Origin: Podarcis pityusensis
Lineage: Eukaryota
NCBI GenBank assembly: GCA_964106645.2
Contig: OZ067042.1
Length of the DNA stretch: 64,000 nt
Direction: 5' to 3' (one strand)
Position 1 is the stretch's first letter, and every line of letters begins with the position of its first letter. The notes under the pieces were generated by a model, which saw only the letters and a program-made list of their open reading frames with translations, did not search any database and was not told the origin of the DNA. Positions 26,101 through 38,856 of this stretch are shown here, piece after piece. A program made the translations under genes and the position numbers.

Positions 26101-26859
26101 TACTTGTAGGATTTTATGTGATAAGGGGAAATCTAGATTAAGTGTAAAAAATAAAGTATGAGTTGGTATTTTAATGATTACAACTTTATGTGGACATCAC
26201 ACAAAAAAGACTTGTATGCATGACAGTACCCATTTCGCAATAAACTCCTGTCTGGAAGCACCCTCTATTGCCAAACTGGCTTTACAACAAGCGATCTGCT
26301 TATCTCCAATGGGAGGTGCTGTGTTCACCTCTCCTGCACCAGAAATGGATAGACAGAAACACATGGATGGATTGAGATATGTAGAAAGTCATTTACACCC
26401 AAACAAAGAGAGTGAGAGAGATCTTGATATCCATGATGACTCAGAACCATAATTAAATGGCTGTTCCCAAGATATTTAGATAAGGGGGTAATTAGTTAAT
26501 TAGCAACAACACCAATCAGAGGCAGAAAGCACAGCAACTCTGGGAATCACCCGCCCCCTTTTTCCCATAGTGAGCACTTCCCAGAGTGGAAGCCTTTTTC
26601 AGTCCCTTGGTGGTGGTAGTCCACCAAGGACTTGGTTGTGCCAAGTGACCACCAAGCGCTGGGCTTTGGAGCCTCATTGTCTGGGATCCCAACAGGAGGG
26701 TGTCCTTCAAGAAACCTTATTCCAAGTAGATCTTCACGATTAGAAGAATACAATTTACTGTGATGGTGGTGCGGAAGAGAAGGCAACAGTTCTATGAATC
26801 TGTCTCCAGAGTCATATTTCCCTTGTCGTTCAAGCTAACCTTGCATCACGTGAGCAAGA

Positions 26860-27075
26860 TGAAACCAGTCCCTGGTAAACCATATTTCTTTTAATAAGAC
26901 ACCTTTTAAGATATTTGACAGTGCCTCTTGTCCCCATCTCTTCTGTAAGCTAAATGTGGCCGGTCCTATTTCCCCTTTATAGGTTGTGCGTTCTATAAAC
27001 CCTTTATTTGTCCTTGTTTCTTTAGTATGAATCCTTTCCAGTTTGTTTGTATCTTTATAATGTGGTGGCCAGAAG
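26860..27075 (-). mobile_element. Ancient CR1 ORF2 fragment
   Basis: Minus-strand FWPPHYKDTNKLERI...FSLQKR resembles CR1 FWAPHYKKD..KLERVQRRA...FSLEKRR. Confidence 0.7.
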
Positions 27076-27330
27076 TGGGTAAAAAAAAAACAAACCACAA
27101 AAAAACAATTGAGTCAGCAGCTGTGGCCGCTTGGCAGTGGGAGCCAAATTGTCACAGCGCAGTGCAAGCTGCTGGGGCTGCAGAGTCAGGGGCGTAATGA
27201 GATCTTAATAGTGCAATTACAGCCCATTGATTTACTCAGCACATAATTGGCAGTGGCAGCAGCTGCCCAGTAATGGATGGCTGTGATTATTGGCAGTGAG
27301 GAGTCAGGAAAGACAGCGCTGAATTTTTGA

Positions 27331-27516
27331 GGGGCCATGGCTCAAGCGCATGCTTTGCATACAGAAGGTCCTGAACACAGAATCAGCTAAAGGGTTTCAG
27401 GAAGCAGGCTGGGAACGACCTCTTTCTGAGATCCTGAAGAGCACTGCTGGCCAAGAGTATGAAATGCTGAGCTAGGCAGACCAATGGTCTGACTCAGGAT
27501 AAGACTGTTTCATATG
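27331..27516 (+). mobile_element. tRNA-derived SINE (Squam2-like), degenerate
   Basis: ggggccatggctca...tttgcatacagaaggtcc...ctgagctaggcagaccaatggtctgactcag; related copy at 50535-50731. Confidence 0.6.
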
Positions 27517-27520
27517 TGCC

Positions 27521-27730
27521 CGTGTGGCACAGTAGTTCGAGCGTTGGACTAGGACCTGGGAGGCCAGCGTTCAAACCCCCAGTCCCCATGAAACTCTTTG
27601 GGTAACCTTGGACAGTATCTTAGGCAGCCCACCTCGCAGGACTGTTGTGAGGGTAAATTGGGGAGGAAGAAACCATGAGCTCCTTGGAGGAAAGTGGGGG
27701 TGTAAACGCAAGATATAAATATATAATAAG
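27521..27730 (+). mobile_element. Older CORE-SINE (MIR/Squam3-like)
   Basis: gtggcacagtagtt...gttcaaacccc...gggtaaccttggacagt...cccacctcgcaggactgttgtgagg. Confidence 0.6.
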
Positions 27731-29719
27731 TTAACATATGGGGAGCAAAGTGGTAGCAGTGGTGGAAGTCTTATGCCGGTAACAGCCTATGTTGAGAAAT
27801 GCTGCAAGGGGAGCAGTAGATGGAAAGGAAAATTAGGGTGTTTTTTCAGGTGCATCAAATGGGCTCACTACTTCCTCTCTCTCAATCACTCACCAGTGAC
27901 ACTTTCTGTTCCAGATTTGGATGCACCAGGAAGGATACATGTCAGATGGGATTTGGATGGGGCAGACCCATTGCAGGATAGTTCATGTACCACTGTAGGT
28001 GTCACCTCTGTTACCCTGGCCCCAAGTGCAAGGATGGCTCCCTCCAAACACTGCAATAAAGAGCAGTACGTTAGCAGTACCTCTTTTGTTTAGGAGGTGG
28101 CACGTTGGTCTTCTGTCACAGCTGCACTGAAATTCTGGATTTCTCCATTGATTTCTGTAAGTAGCTCTCACTTGTGCCCTGGGGAGAAAACGAGAAATGA
28201 TTGAAACCAGGAACTGCTCTGTGTGCTAATTTTATAAATCTTGTGATCCAGACAGTTTGCAATGAGTCTCAGTGGCCCTGGTAGGACATGTCCACTCACA
28301 TTGCCTCTCTTGGCAAGATGAAAAAACAGAGGGACAAGGTGCATTGGGCTTTGTTGAGAATGTAGTGAGAAAACTTCTTGGCACTGTGGCAGGTCATGAG
28401 AAGCCAATGGTTTAAATGTTATCCTTAATGAAAAATGAGATCCTGGTGAGCAAGAGGGCAGACTTTAGGTACACTTCATGCAAACATCCCTGAAAGACCT
28501 GGTGGCAGCCACATCCACAGCCTATGCTTCACGTTTCACACCACACATAGATGAGCAGGCCTGTGAATTTCTGAAAATCCATGTTGAGAAGTAACACAGA
28601 AATTTTAAAAGCAAGTTATCCTCTCTGAGGTTTTCATTCCTAATGAAGTTGCTAATTGCTCTATTGATTTCCATTAGAACATGGCACTCTTCTTAGGCCT
28701 CACATTTACCATTCTGACAGCTCCTGCTCCTTAATAATATGGTCAGTAACCATAGTCCCTAACAGCAGTTCTGTGTTTGGAGAAGTGAAACTCATTGTTT
28801 ATTCACCTGGAATTTAGTTGGTGGCTGTACGTGCAGTCAGGGTCAGGGAGGTGGATAAAGTTCCTGCAAAGAATTTCAGACATTCCTTATATTGGATTAA
28901 ACCTGTCGTGCAGCACTGCCTAGCTGTGACATTTCTTCTGGGTCACAGAAACTAAAGTGCTGCTTCTTTTCCCTGCAGCTGGTATTGGACTTTTCCCCCA
29001 CCTATTGTAGTGGGTGTTCTTAAGACCTTGGTACAATAAGCAGCATGCAAACACGTCTTGGTCTTGCCTCAGAAGCACAAGGTGCAGAGGCTTCCTATTT
29101 TCTTTGCATTTCTGTCACATCTGAATCTGCTCTGTATAGCTTCTGGTATTGTGCGATCCAGTCGCCCTATTAGCTGTTCCTTCATGGAACACACGGCGGG
29201 GGTGGGCGGGGGGTTGTATATAGTTAGTGATCTCTTGAGTCCTGTTATTTTGGAAGCAAATCAAGTGTGTTTCTGCACCATTTCAAATTACAGAGAAAAC
29301 TTAATATGTAGGGTTTTATCAAATCTGGGAACCAGGAAATGGGAGAATATGTGAAACCCATCAAATTCCTTGCAGTATCCTGTCTGCCAGGAAGCCCTGA
29401 ATTGATTAGAATCATGATCAAAGGGCTTGTTGCAAATGTCTTCCTCTACAAATTCCAGAGCCAGTATTGTCTATGCTCAGTCTGGATGTTTGAAGTTTGC
29501 CTCTAAGCCTGACACTGTAAAACGTAGCTGTCCTTGGGTTAGAAAACAGCAACAACAAACCAAATTAATATACAAAACGCTGTCTCAAAACACAAAGACA
29601 GAATTGCAAGATGAGAAGGGTTTCTCTCACCCACCCTTCTGGCACAGGCCAGGGAATTTCCTCTTGTTAACACTAAGCCCATTCTATTTTTATATTTTTT
29701 TTAAAAAAAACCTTGTCTT

Positions 29720-29880
29720 TGGCTACACGTGTCACCTCTAGGAAAGCTCCTGGTTTTGCTTTGCAACCTAGGAGTGATGGTAAATGCATCCCTTCCCTGG
29801 GCAGCTTATTCCAGTGCTTAATCCAATTCATAACCATTGTTGTTCCCAAGTGGGATGTGTCATGCTTCACCTCCCAGCTG
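29720..29880 (-). mobile_element. Ancient CR1 ORF2 3' fragment
   Basis: Minus-strand KHWNKLPREGMHLPSL resembles CR1 WNxLPxEVVxSPSL. Confidence 0.55.
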
Positions 29881-31789
29881 TCAGTTCTTGTTGTGCTTCC
29901 TTCGCTCTTTAGTGCTCAATTTCTTCTCCCTGGGAAGGTATCTGCCAATGCACTAATTCCATTGCACCCTTCTCTTTAAGACATTAAACAGATTTGAACC
30001 CTTATTGTCTGTGACTCTCAGGCTCTCTCATCTAATTTCTAGATGGAGCAGTGATGGCGGGGGGAGGGAGGGATACATGGGTGAAGGTCTGAGGATCCTT
30101 CCCTGATATTCCATCCCACAGAGATTGAATTGGCCAGAGTATCTCATTTGCATGCAGGGGGCTAAATACATTTCAGCTTTCCAGTCACAGCGGGAGAGGA
30201 AGGAGGCAACTGCTGCTGCAGTAAATTGCATTTGAATTTACAAGTACCTGCCTGCTGGCCTGCAGTTTTGAATGTGTTTTGGGGGGAGAAAGAGGGAGAT
30301 TACTTTTTTTAAAGGCCCATTCAGAATACCGTGATGCTTAAAATCCTTGGGGGGGGGGGGGTTCTTTCTACCTTTAAAGTGTTGCCATGTCACCTCCAGA
30401 GTCTGTGTTGTCAGTTCGATACAATGGGTGGCATCCTTAACATGCCCTCCAAGAGCCTGCCATCCCATGGCAGGCCAGAACAAAACAAAACAACTGGTGT
30501 TGATTCTATGCCATCCAGTATGCTTTGTGCAATGTTCTTAACCCACAGGTGTAGATTTCTGCTTTGAATCTAAATAAGTGTGTCAAAGGGGAGCAGAGTT
30601 GCAAGTGTGCTTCCCTTTGGCACAAGTGCAGGGTATTCCCCTGGGAAATGCGATCCATTTTCACCACCCGCTGGCTGTCGGCTGATCCTACCTGCCTCCT
30701 GGCTGTTGTCTGCATGCCTCCAGCAGGCACAGCAAGGCCAGCAGCTGTGGAAGCGCCACTCCCAGGGGCTGGATCCAAGGCCACTTTGGTGCTAATTACT
30801 GCCCACAAGCAACAGGGACGGATGGGGGTGAGGTGTTTGAAGGATGCATGCTGTGTTGGTGGTGCTGGTGACCAGCTTGGTGGGCGTGGCTGTGGTGCCA
30901 TTTAAAATCTAGTGGGCCTTCTTGGCCCCATAGGAGTTTCTTCTGCTCCCAACCCTGGCAAGATGCAGCTGGAGTCTAGTGCACCACAGGACATCACAGA
31001 CTGCCAGGTCAGGGATGGCTGGGATAGAGACAGATCTGGAAGGCTCTGGAGGTGTGGCAGCAGATGTCAGAGCAGCTTTCAAGCTGGGCCCGGTACACCA
31101 TAGGTCTGGGAGCCACCATGTTCAGTCCCAGAAAACCTCTGTTTGCCGGGAAAGGCTTAGGCTTAGCACCAGGAGTTGATTGCAACTGGCTCAGGACTTA
31201 TGTGACATGGATAAATTAAAGCAAGAACACTCCTCAGGAAGCCTGCCTAGTGAATGTCACACCAACAAGCTTTCATCTGTAGAACCTGCACTTGGCTGAA
31301 GGGTTAATGCCATTTAACTTATAGCACGGTGGTGTGAGAGAGCCCAGCACTTATCTATGTAGTCTCCAGAGGAAAATGAGGCTGACAGTAGACTCTAATA
31401 AGGAATCAGAATTCCAATTTAATTCTGTCTTCTAGGAGAAGCAGATCTGAACGGAGCAAAGGAGATAACTAGAAGGCGATAAAGAGAGGTGGAAATGGAG
31501 GTGGGAGTGAGAGGGAAAGACACAGTCATGTGCACACAGGCAATCACTTTGGCAGTCTGGAAGTTTTTAGAGGCTGAACATCAGGAATGCGGTTGTTGGT
31601 ATCTCCTCATTTGTTAGCAAGAGAACTGTGTCCAGGCGCTGTGGTGGCTGTTTAGAAAGGGTGGTGTAAAGGGGCAAAAGTTTTGTGTTTTAAAACTTCC
31701 ATGCCATCCCTATATATCTGTAAGGTTGCTTATCTCTTCTGAATTCAATGTTTCCACAGAGAATGGGCTGGTCATGATTTTATTTATAT

Positions 31790-32750
31790 ACTTCCTAGCT
31801 GATATTTCTGGACAAAGTGGTATACAAATGAAAGTTTGCAAAATATCAACAAAACAAAAAAATTGCAACCTTCAATCCTTGTTAAAAATCAATCAACATA
31901 CTCAGACTGTCGGTTAAAACACTTTTCACAGCACTAGAAACCCACAATCCAAGCCAGAAGGCATTGATCAATAACAGGCTAAGCAGGACATATGTGTTTA
32001 AAGACTTCCAGATAGCTTAATGAATGGCAGCCCTCTCTGGACCCTCTGGGAGGGCATTGCAAAACTGTGGGGCCACTACGGAAAAGGCCCTCCATCTCAC
32101 GGCCACCAACCTCACTAATGTAGGAGGTGGGTGCATGATGAGAGCCGCCATTGCACATCTTGGTGTGTGGGCAGCCTGATGATGGGTGCAGGTGGTCCCT
32201 CAAACCACTTAAGAGTTTAAAGATGAAATCTAGCCATTTAAATTCAACTCAGAAATGTCACAGAAGCCAGTGTGGCTGGTATGGTAAAGATATTACTGAA
32301 GCTGACATTCTTATCCCTATCAAAACTTAAGTTTCAAAGGGCAGTCCCACAAAGATCACAATGCACTTGTCAAGCCTGGATGTGAGCAGGGCACAGAATG
32401 TTTGGGCTGAGTTAGGCCTATCCAGATAAGGCTGCAGTTGGCATATCAGCCGAAGAATGCACCCCTATCTACCAGTACCACCTAAGCATACATAGGTCAC
32501 ACCAAGTCCAGGAGTGCTTCTGTACTGTGTACCTAGTCTTTCACGGGAGCGCCACCCCATTGAGAACCAGCTCCAAACCTCCTTCCAGAGCAGTCAGTCT
32601 TCCATCCCACAGGACCTCTGTATTTCTCTGATTCAGCCTCACTTTGCTTGACCTCCTCCTTCCCAGTGTGACAAGCTAAGGAACCTCTCTTGGATTGGAA
32701 GATGGAAAAGAGAGATAGAGTTGAGTGTCACCAACATACAGCATGCAGCA
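31790..32750 (-). mobile_element. Old, degenerate L2 LINE ORF2 fragment
   Basis: Minus-strand remnants MLYVGDTQL (YADDTQL motif, ~32720-32745), RLICQLQPYLD (~32420-32450), FRSGPTVLQCPP (AFSVxAPxLWNxLP-like). Confidence 0.6.
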
Positions 32751-35246
32751 GACACAATCCAGGCATGACAAACTGGCAGATCCTTCCTCTGTGGGTGCAA
32801 TATATATGTGCCTCATACCTCCTTATGGTATGGATGGAAGCGGGGAGTCTGGGGAGCAAATTCTGCACTGCAGGTTCATTATTTCCCCACTGGTGACTGG
32901 GCAATGAAGACAGGATTTTCCATGGCATGGCTAAAGGCTGGGCAAGATGGTCTGGAGCAGTAGGAAGCAATTACCATCCCGCTGAGGCGAACCCTAATCC
33001 CCTCAAACAGCGCGAGGGGCTGGCAAGCCAAACACGCCTCAATCAGGTTAAAGTGTGAAGTTGGGATTAGCCAAGAGAATGAGAGCCTCATAATACCATT
33101 GCACCCCCTGCTTGCACCAGGCTCAGCCTGGCCCATAGGGCAGGAGATTAAGTGCTTGGCTTGTCTGCCTGAGTGGGCTCCCCACTGGGAAAGCTGTGTC
33201 CTATGGATGTCAGACAGTTTGGCTTTAGTTACTTGCTGAGTGCTGGCCAGGATCTCGCACTGGGAGGCCTCGCTTGCTCCCATAATCGAGGCACCAATCC
33301 CAGCGAGGGATCCCTCCAAGTGGCTCATGTCCAAGGCACACAGGGGAGGAGGGATGGCTGAGGCAAAGACAAAAGAGAGGGTGCAATGTTAAGGGTGCAG
33401 ACTAGCCGGGAAAACACTCTCTGTGTCATGATTTGTTTAGTGATGGGATGCGACCACAGCTGAAACTGGAAATTGGGTCAGATTGCCCTGGAGAGGCTGG
33501 TGGTCATGCCTGTTTTAAAGGAGTCATTGGGTGAAAGAGATGAGCTAACCTTTTCTAAACTAAATGCAGAGGTAATTAAAGGAAATCAGCATGTTTTCTG
33601 GACAAAGTGGTTTAAGTCTTTGCACATCACGTTGTATCAGGAAATATAAACAAAAGGGTGACTTGGGGGTCTGTTGGAATTATTTGCAGTAGAATGGAAG
33701 AGATGTCTTGAAACACCCTTGTCCAAACTGAGCATTCCCATCACATGTGGAACCCCCCCACCCCCCACCCCTGTTTATTGCCTATTTAACATTGAGCAGT
33801 AAAAAGTAACATAAGCACTTTAGTTTTATGAACCTCATATTCTATTTGTGTTGCTATTAAAGGGCATTTAGTTCAAAGTCAGATGAAGAGCCTGGGAGAT
33901 ATTTGCCCTGCTCTGTAGTCCTACCAGAATTTGCATTGCTTGAAACATACTTTGTTGTATGCATACTGGTTATGGGGTCCCCTAGTTTTCACTCACTAAG
34001 AGATGATCCTTCATAAGGCTGCTTTTCTTGGGGGTCTCGATTTATCTGACTCAGCATAAATGGATGGCAGGATGGTGCAAGTAATGGTCAGAACGTTCCT
34101 CTAAAGCCAGACAAAGCTGTTGCTACAAACTGTCATTCATCAAGACTGGAGCAATTTGTGTCGGGGAAACTGGCAGCTTAATGTTCCTTGGAGTTACTGT
34201 GATACTGAATGAAAACAGGTCCATACTTGTACAAGAGGGAGAGAACAGGGTGATTTTCTCCATTATTTCCACTCACCTCTAGGGCAGCTGCCTCCCTGAA
34301 GAGAGGAGTGTGAATATGAACTCTCCAAAGGCAGGGAGGGTGGAAGGTTACATTACTCCAAAGTATGCTCTGGCTCAACATCTGTGCAGCAGGTTGCTAG
34401 TCCTATTGATTGGGGACAGACCAGACTATGGAGAAGAAAAGAACCAAAAGTGAATAAAAATAGCGATAGAATCAGTCACTGTGAAGAGCTGGTGGACTCC
34501 AACCAAGTCATTTGTGGTAACAATGTTATAGAAAGATTTGAAGTTCCTAATAATCTCTAATATTCCCAGATTTTTAATTCTGAGGATGAAGCGATTGGAA
34601 CTCCTACTTTCTGAAGAACTAGGGTTTTAAAAACTTTCAATACAACACAGAATGTTGAGTTGTCTAGAACTCTGAAAGTCCTCATTAGATGGGAATGTTA
34701 TTTGTGCTTTGGCATTTTCACAAGGGCATAGTTGTTCTAACAGTTCTGTGATCATGCACTCTTTCAAAGGAGAAATGTTGGCTCCCTGTTCCCAAAGGTT
34801 CTTTCCTTGGATTTTCAAGTGCCTCGGGCCAAATGCACCTAATGGATGTTTTATAGGATTGTGTGAATGGGCGCCAGTTCATATACAATGCTAATTCATG
34901 ATTTATTAGACAATGGTTTATTAAGCCATGGCTTAGTGTTATGTGTGAACCTAGTCCAGTCGCTTCATTGATGGTTTAAGGCCACTTCTTAACCAAAGTT
35001 TGTAGTTTTAGCCTTAGTTAAATTTACCTTAGTTAAAATTACCCACAGCTTAGTCCTGTATGTGATCTTAGACCTCTGTCTTAAATATGGTTAAGGAGCT
35101 ATTGTGTCCCAAAAGCTACAGATCTGCAGTTGTAAAGTGGCAAAACAGCTTTAACTATGGTTTGTTTTTGTTTTTTTAACTATGGTTAATGTTAAACATC
35201 ACATGTGAATCAGACATATGAGACCCTAGAAACAATTCCCCTTAGG

Positions 35247-35423
35247 TTTGGAAAGCTGTTAAAAGGATATGCATGGAAACTCAACCAAGGGGAAGCGAGG
35301 AAGTCACTTAACCATGTTAATAAGTGTAATTTTAATACGGCTATGATTTATGTTTGTTTGTTTGTGTATTTGTCTGTTTGTCTATAATTTTGTGAAAATC
35401 AATAAAAAAAATGGGGGGGGGGG
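35247..35423 (+). mobile_element. 5'-truncated non-LTR retroposon 3' end (L1-like), 177 bp
   Basis: Exact 15-bp TSD acaattccccttagg (35232-35246, 35424-35438); AATAAA, A run, then G run. Confidence 0.8.
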
Positions 35424-36157
35424 ACAATTCCCCTTAGGGAATACATGGGAATAAGTTTAACAAACACTTCTCACTAGCTAGTTGTCAAAAATTGCCATTA
35501 AGGTGATCCTGAAAGAAATTTAGAAAAGTGATAATGGAGCCTGGATTTTATTTTCTTTTTTAAATTGCCTAGGTAAATAGATCTATATATCAAAGGCAGA
35601 TGGTGTGGTCGGGCAGTGATGCTCACCTCCCGATAGCTGAATTGTTGTTGCTGCTTACCAGGTGGTGTGGTCCAAACCCCAGATTGGCTCCAAAGCAGTA
35701 GGACTAGGTTGGCACAGCTGATGTGATTGCACCACGTCAGCCTCCTCACTGCCTCACCTCTCCCAGTTGGCAGCAGCAATTGAACTGTTGGAAGGCCCCA
35801 CCATGGTCTCTGCTGCTGCTGCTGCTGCTGCTACATAGAGATTGGTGAGGGATCCCATCATATGAAAACCCTAGTGCTATTTTTAGCACCTCCTAATAAT
35901 AAATTGCCTCTTTATAGCATACACCATTCGCATGTGGAATAAACTGAATGAATAGATAAATAAATGTGTCAATCTTTGGAAATGTTTTGGTCGCCCCCAA
36001 CATTCACATATTACCAGGAAGTTGTCAAGCCTCTGATAACCCCACAGTGCCTGGGTTAGAGAGATGTTTCAGAGATGAATTGGAGAGGAATACGAAGATG
36101 AACATATTCTCAGCTCTAAGCCTTTTCATCTCATGCTCCTTAGAAAAGGAGTACAGT

Positions 36158-36560
36158 CATTAAATTTTTTTTTTTTAATGGATGTACCGTGCTATATTAC
36201 AAGCAAAAAAACACACCTTTATTGATGAATTGGAAGAGCCGCAAAAAGATTCCATTGAGCACATGGATTGATAATATGGACAGATTAGCTACATATGAAC
36301 GAATTGTATGCCGACACAAATTAAGAATGGATAAATATGAAGAAATCTGGAATGAATATTGAAGTGATAAGGTGGATAGTGGAGGGAAGTGGGGGCGGAG
36401 AGAGAGGTGGGAAAATATTGTTAAAAGGGGGCAGTCATAAGTATATCAGTGTATTTAAATCTGAATTGTCAAATTGTGTTATTATTGTTATTATGGTTTT
36501 TGTTGTAGTTTTTTGTGGTTTTTTTGTATCGAAAAAGTGATTAAATAAATTTTAAAAAAA
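36158..36560 (+). mobile_element. 5'-truncated L1-clade LINE (ORF2 C-terminus, 3' UTR, A tail)
   Basis: Translates WMYRAILQAKK.../LLMNWKSRKKIPLSTWIDNMDRLATYERIVCRHKLRMDKYEEIWNEY*, the WK..P..W...E...W pattern of non-mammalian L1 ORF2 ends; AATAAA and A tail at 36544-36560. Confidence 0.7.
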
Positions 36561-36806
36561 TACCTCGTGTTGCGTTTGCTTCAGGTTGAGCGTTTTCAGG
36601 TTGCGTCCCACGGCAACCCGGAAGTACCGGAAAGGGTTACTTCTGGGTTTCGCCACTCGCGCATGCGCAGACACTCAAAATGACGTCACACGCATGTGCA
36701 GAAGCAGCCAATCGCGACCCGCGCACGCACAGATGCGGGTTGCATTCTGCTCGGGTTGCGAACGGGGCTCCGGAACAGATCCTGTTCACAACCAGAGGTA
36801 CCACTG
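36561..36806 (+). mobile_element. Tc1/mariner (Tigger-like) MITE, left TIR interrupted, CpG-rich interior
   Basis: Right end agaggtaccactg|ta; starts with tacctc; the missing ta|cagt is at 36152-36157. Confidence 0.8.
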
Positions 36807-37453
36807 TAGTGGGATCTTGGGGTGTGGGCCAGAGGGAGGGAGGCTGAAGAAAGTTGCTTCCAAAACACGTCCTCTGAGAGAAACATGGCTCTGCGGGCAA
36901 AAGTTGCACAGCCGCTGCAACGTCCAGTCTAAAGGAGTGTTGGACACTCATTATAAACAGTGGAGGGTTTTTAATGATGCCACTTAGCTGGAGAGGTTGG
37001 TTGTTAGCAGAAGTGTGGAGAAGAAACCAGGATGTCATGCATACTTCCTTTCCCCAATGCTATGTGTCAAGTCTGAAGAACCGCTGTTCTGTCTCAAAGG
37101 TAACAGATTGAAGAGGTGACATCAGTCAGCAATGAAAGAGCTTCTGCTGCCCTCTCCTGGTTAGGATTGAGCTGTACTGTGGCAATCCTACTTTCTTCCT
37201 GCTCTTAGATTGCAGCTGTTATTTTCAAAAAAGGTTTGCAAGGGTGGTGGAGCAGGCTGTGTGTTTGTGTCCACAATAGCGTGTGTGCACATGTGTGTGT
37301 GTGTTAGTCTCATGATACAGAAATTTATCAGAAGGCACCTCACTGATAAGCATCAGCCATTACAGGCTTGCACAAAACAATTTGGAAGTTAGGAAATGGC
37401 AGCAAGGCAATTAAAAACCATCACAGCTTGTGCTCTTTTAAGTTTCCACTCAG

Positions 37454-37458
<5 letters not shown>

Positions 37459-37498
<40 letters not shown>
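37459..37498. repeat. (GT)n microsatellite
   Basis: Direct reading. Confidence 0.95.
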
Positions 37499-37500
<2 letters not shown>

Positions 37501-38276
37501 TGCATAGAATTGGCAAGTATCTTTGTTAATAAATCAGCAGTCACTGGGCATTTCTGTTCTGAGGATGCCTCTACTCCCAGGGTTGGGAAAGGCAAGTGTC
37601 AACTGTCCACTCCCTTCTCTCAGCCCCTTCATGACTCTTGGTGAGATACAAGGGGCCAGCAGGGATACTGGATGAGGCATGCTGTGGAATGAAGAGCTGG
37701 AAGAGGTTTTGCATCTGATAAGACCGCGGTGTGACTCACCTTGTTTCTTGCATGCAGATGCCAGAGACTGGAATATGCATCTTCATTGTCCATTAGGTCA
37801 CCTCCTTTGCTATTTTTAAAATGGACTACTGGGTTGCTTTTGTACCTTGCCGTAAATCAGGTGGACACTGGATGTTTGAAAACATGCATTCTTATTTAAA
37901 TTGCTTAAGGTATTCAAACCACAATCAGTCATCTCATCTTGCTGCCATGACAGAAGTGGCATGAGATGAACCACTCATTATATGAAAGGGGCACAGAATA
38001 TAATGCTGTTTGCTGTGCCAGTGTCCTGGGGGGGTGTTTGGTGAAAAGAGCAGTATTTTGGGCCACACACAGCACCTCTTCAGTGCCAGAGCTCACTCTG
38101 GTGCATATAAAACAATAAGGGTGGTCATGCATCTGAGCATGTGCAGAATATTTATTCATTGCTGCTTAGTATTCCCCTGCTAGTCCTCATAACCTGATGC
38201 CTCACTACCTTGCCAACCCCCCGTACTTCATTGTCTCTCCACTGACAGATGGCTCTCTTAAAATTATCATCTGCAG

Positions 38277-38348
38277 GGACTTGAGCGAGAACCTCCTTCT
38301 GGCTGTTCCCAGGAAGGCGTTTCGTGGAGCTACTGATCTCAAGAACCT
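38277..38348 (+). CDS. SLIT1: SLIT1 exon 5 (72 nt, LRR D1): [23 protein letters not shown](L)
   Basis: ctgcag|GGACTTG...AACCT|gtgagt; one 24-aa LRR, phase 2/2. Confidence 0.95.
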
Positions 38349-38784
38349 GTGAGTGACCAGGCCCAGCAGGGCAGTGGATAGGGAAGCACAGCATGCCACA
38401 TTGGCCTGGAGAAATTGGCATTATGTTTCATGCATGCACATATTGAGGTCATAGGGCTAGCAACTGTGTAGAGGAAGATCTCAAAAGTTCCTTCTACAAC
38501 AGCAAATACTAATAGGATAATAGCAGTGGGAACGTTTCTCACAGATACATTGCAGTGCCTGTTGTGCCCCAAATCATATTTCCCACCCACCCATACCTAT
38601 CCCTCTCCTCCTCTTGGCTACTTGCCGTTCTCCAGTGCTACTTATGCATACCACAAAGTCCTCCAGCATTTCTTCTCCTTTCATTGAGTGCAGCAGATTG
38701 GTCTTTGTGTCGAGATTCCTAGATATTGGTCTGCCAGCGCAGCTATTGAGAACAGGTATATTAATCTCCTCTTTCATCACTCAG

Positions 38785-38856
38785 ACAACTGGACAAGAAC
38801 CACATCAGCTGCATTGAGGAAGGGGCCTTCCGTGCTCTCCGTGGCCTGGAAGTTTT
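38785..38856 (+). CDS. SLIT1: SLIT1 exon 6 (72 nt): [23 protein letters not shown](L)
   Basis: tcag|ACAACTG...GTTTT|gtaagt. Confidence 0.95.

Noticed and set aside
34860-35210. AT-rich imperfect palindromes (aac(c/t)a(t/a)(g/a)gtt repeats) as a structured RNA or array
   Set aside because: Irregular spacing with no spacer structure. Most likely decayed palindromic MITEs that I cannot delimit.
1-38276. SLIT1 exons 1-4 or a nested protein-coding gene (e.g. ORFs 2608-3180, 11275-11757, 24842-25282)
   Set aside because: No LRR exon with splice sites and no recognisable protein family was seen. The ORFs look like random intronic frames or TE remnants. A short cryptic exon cannot be excluded by eye.
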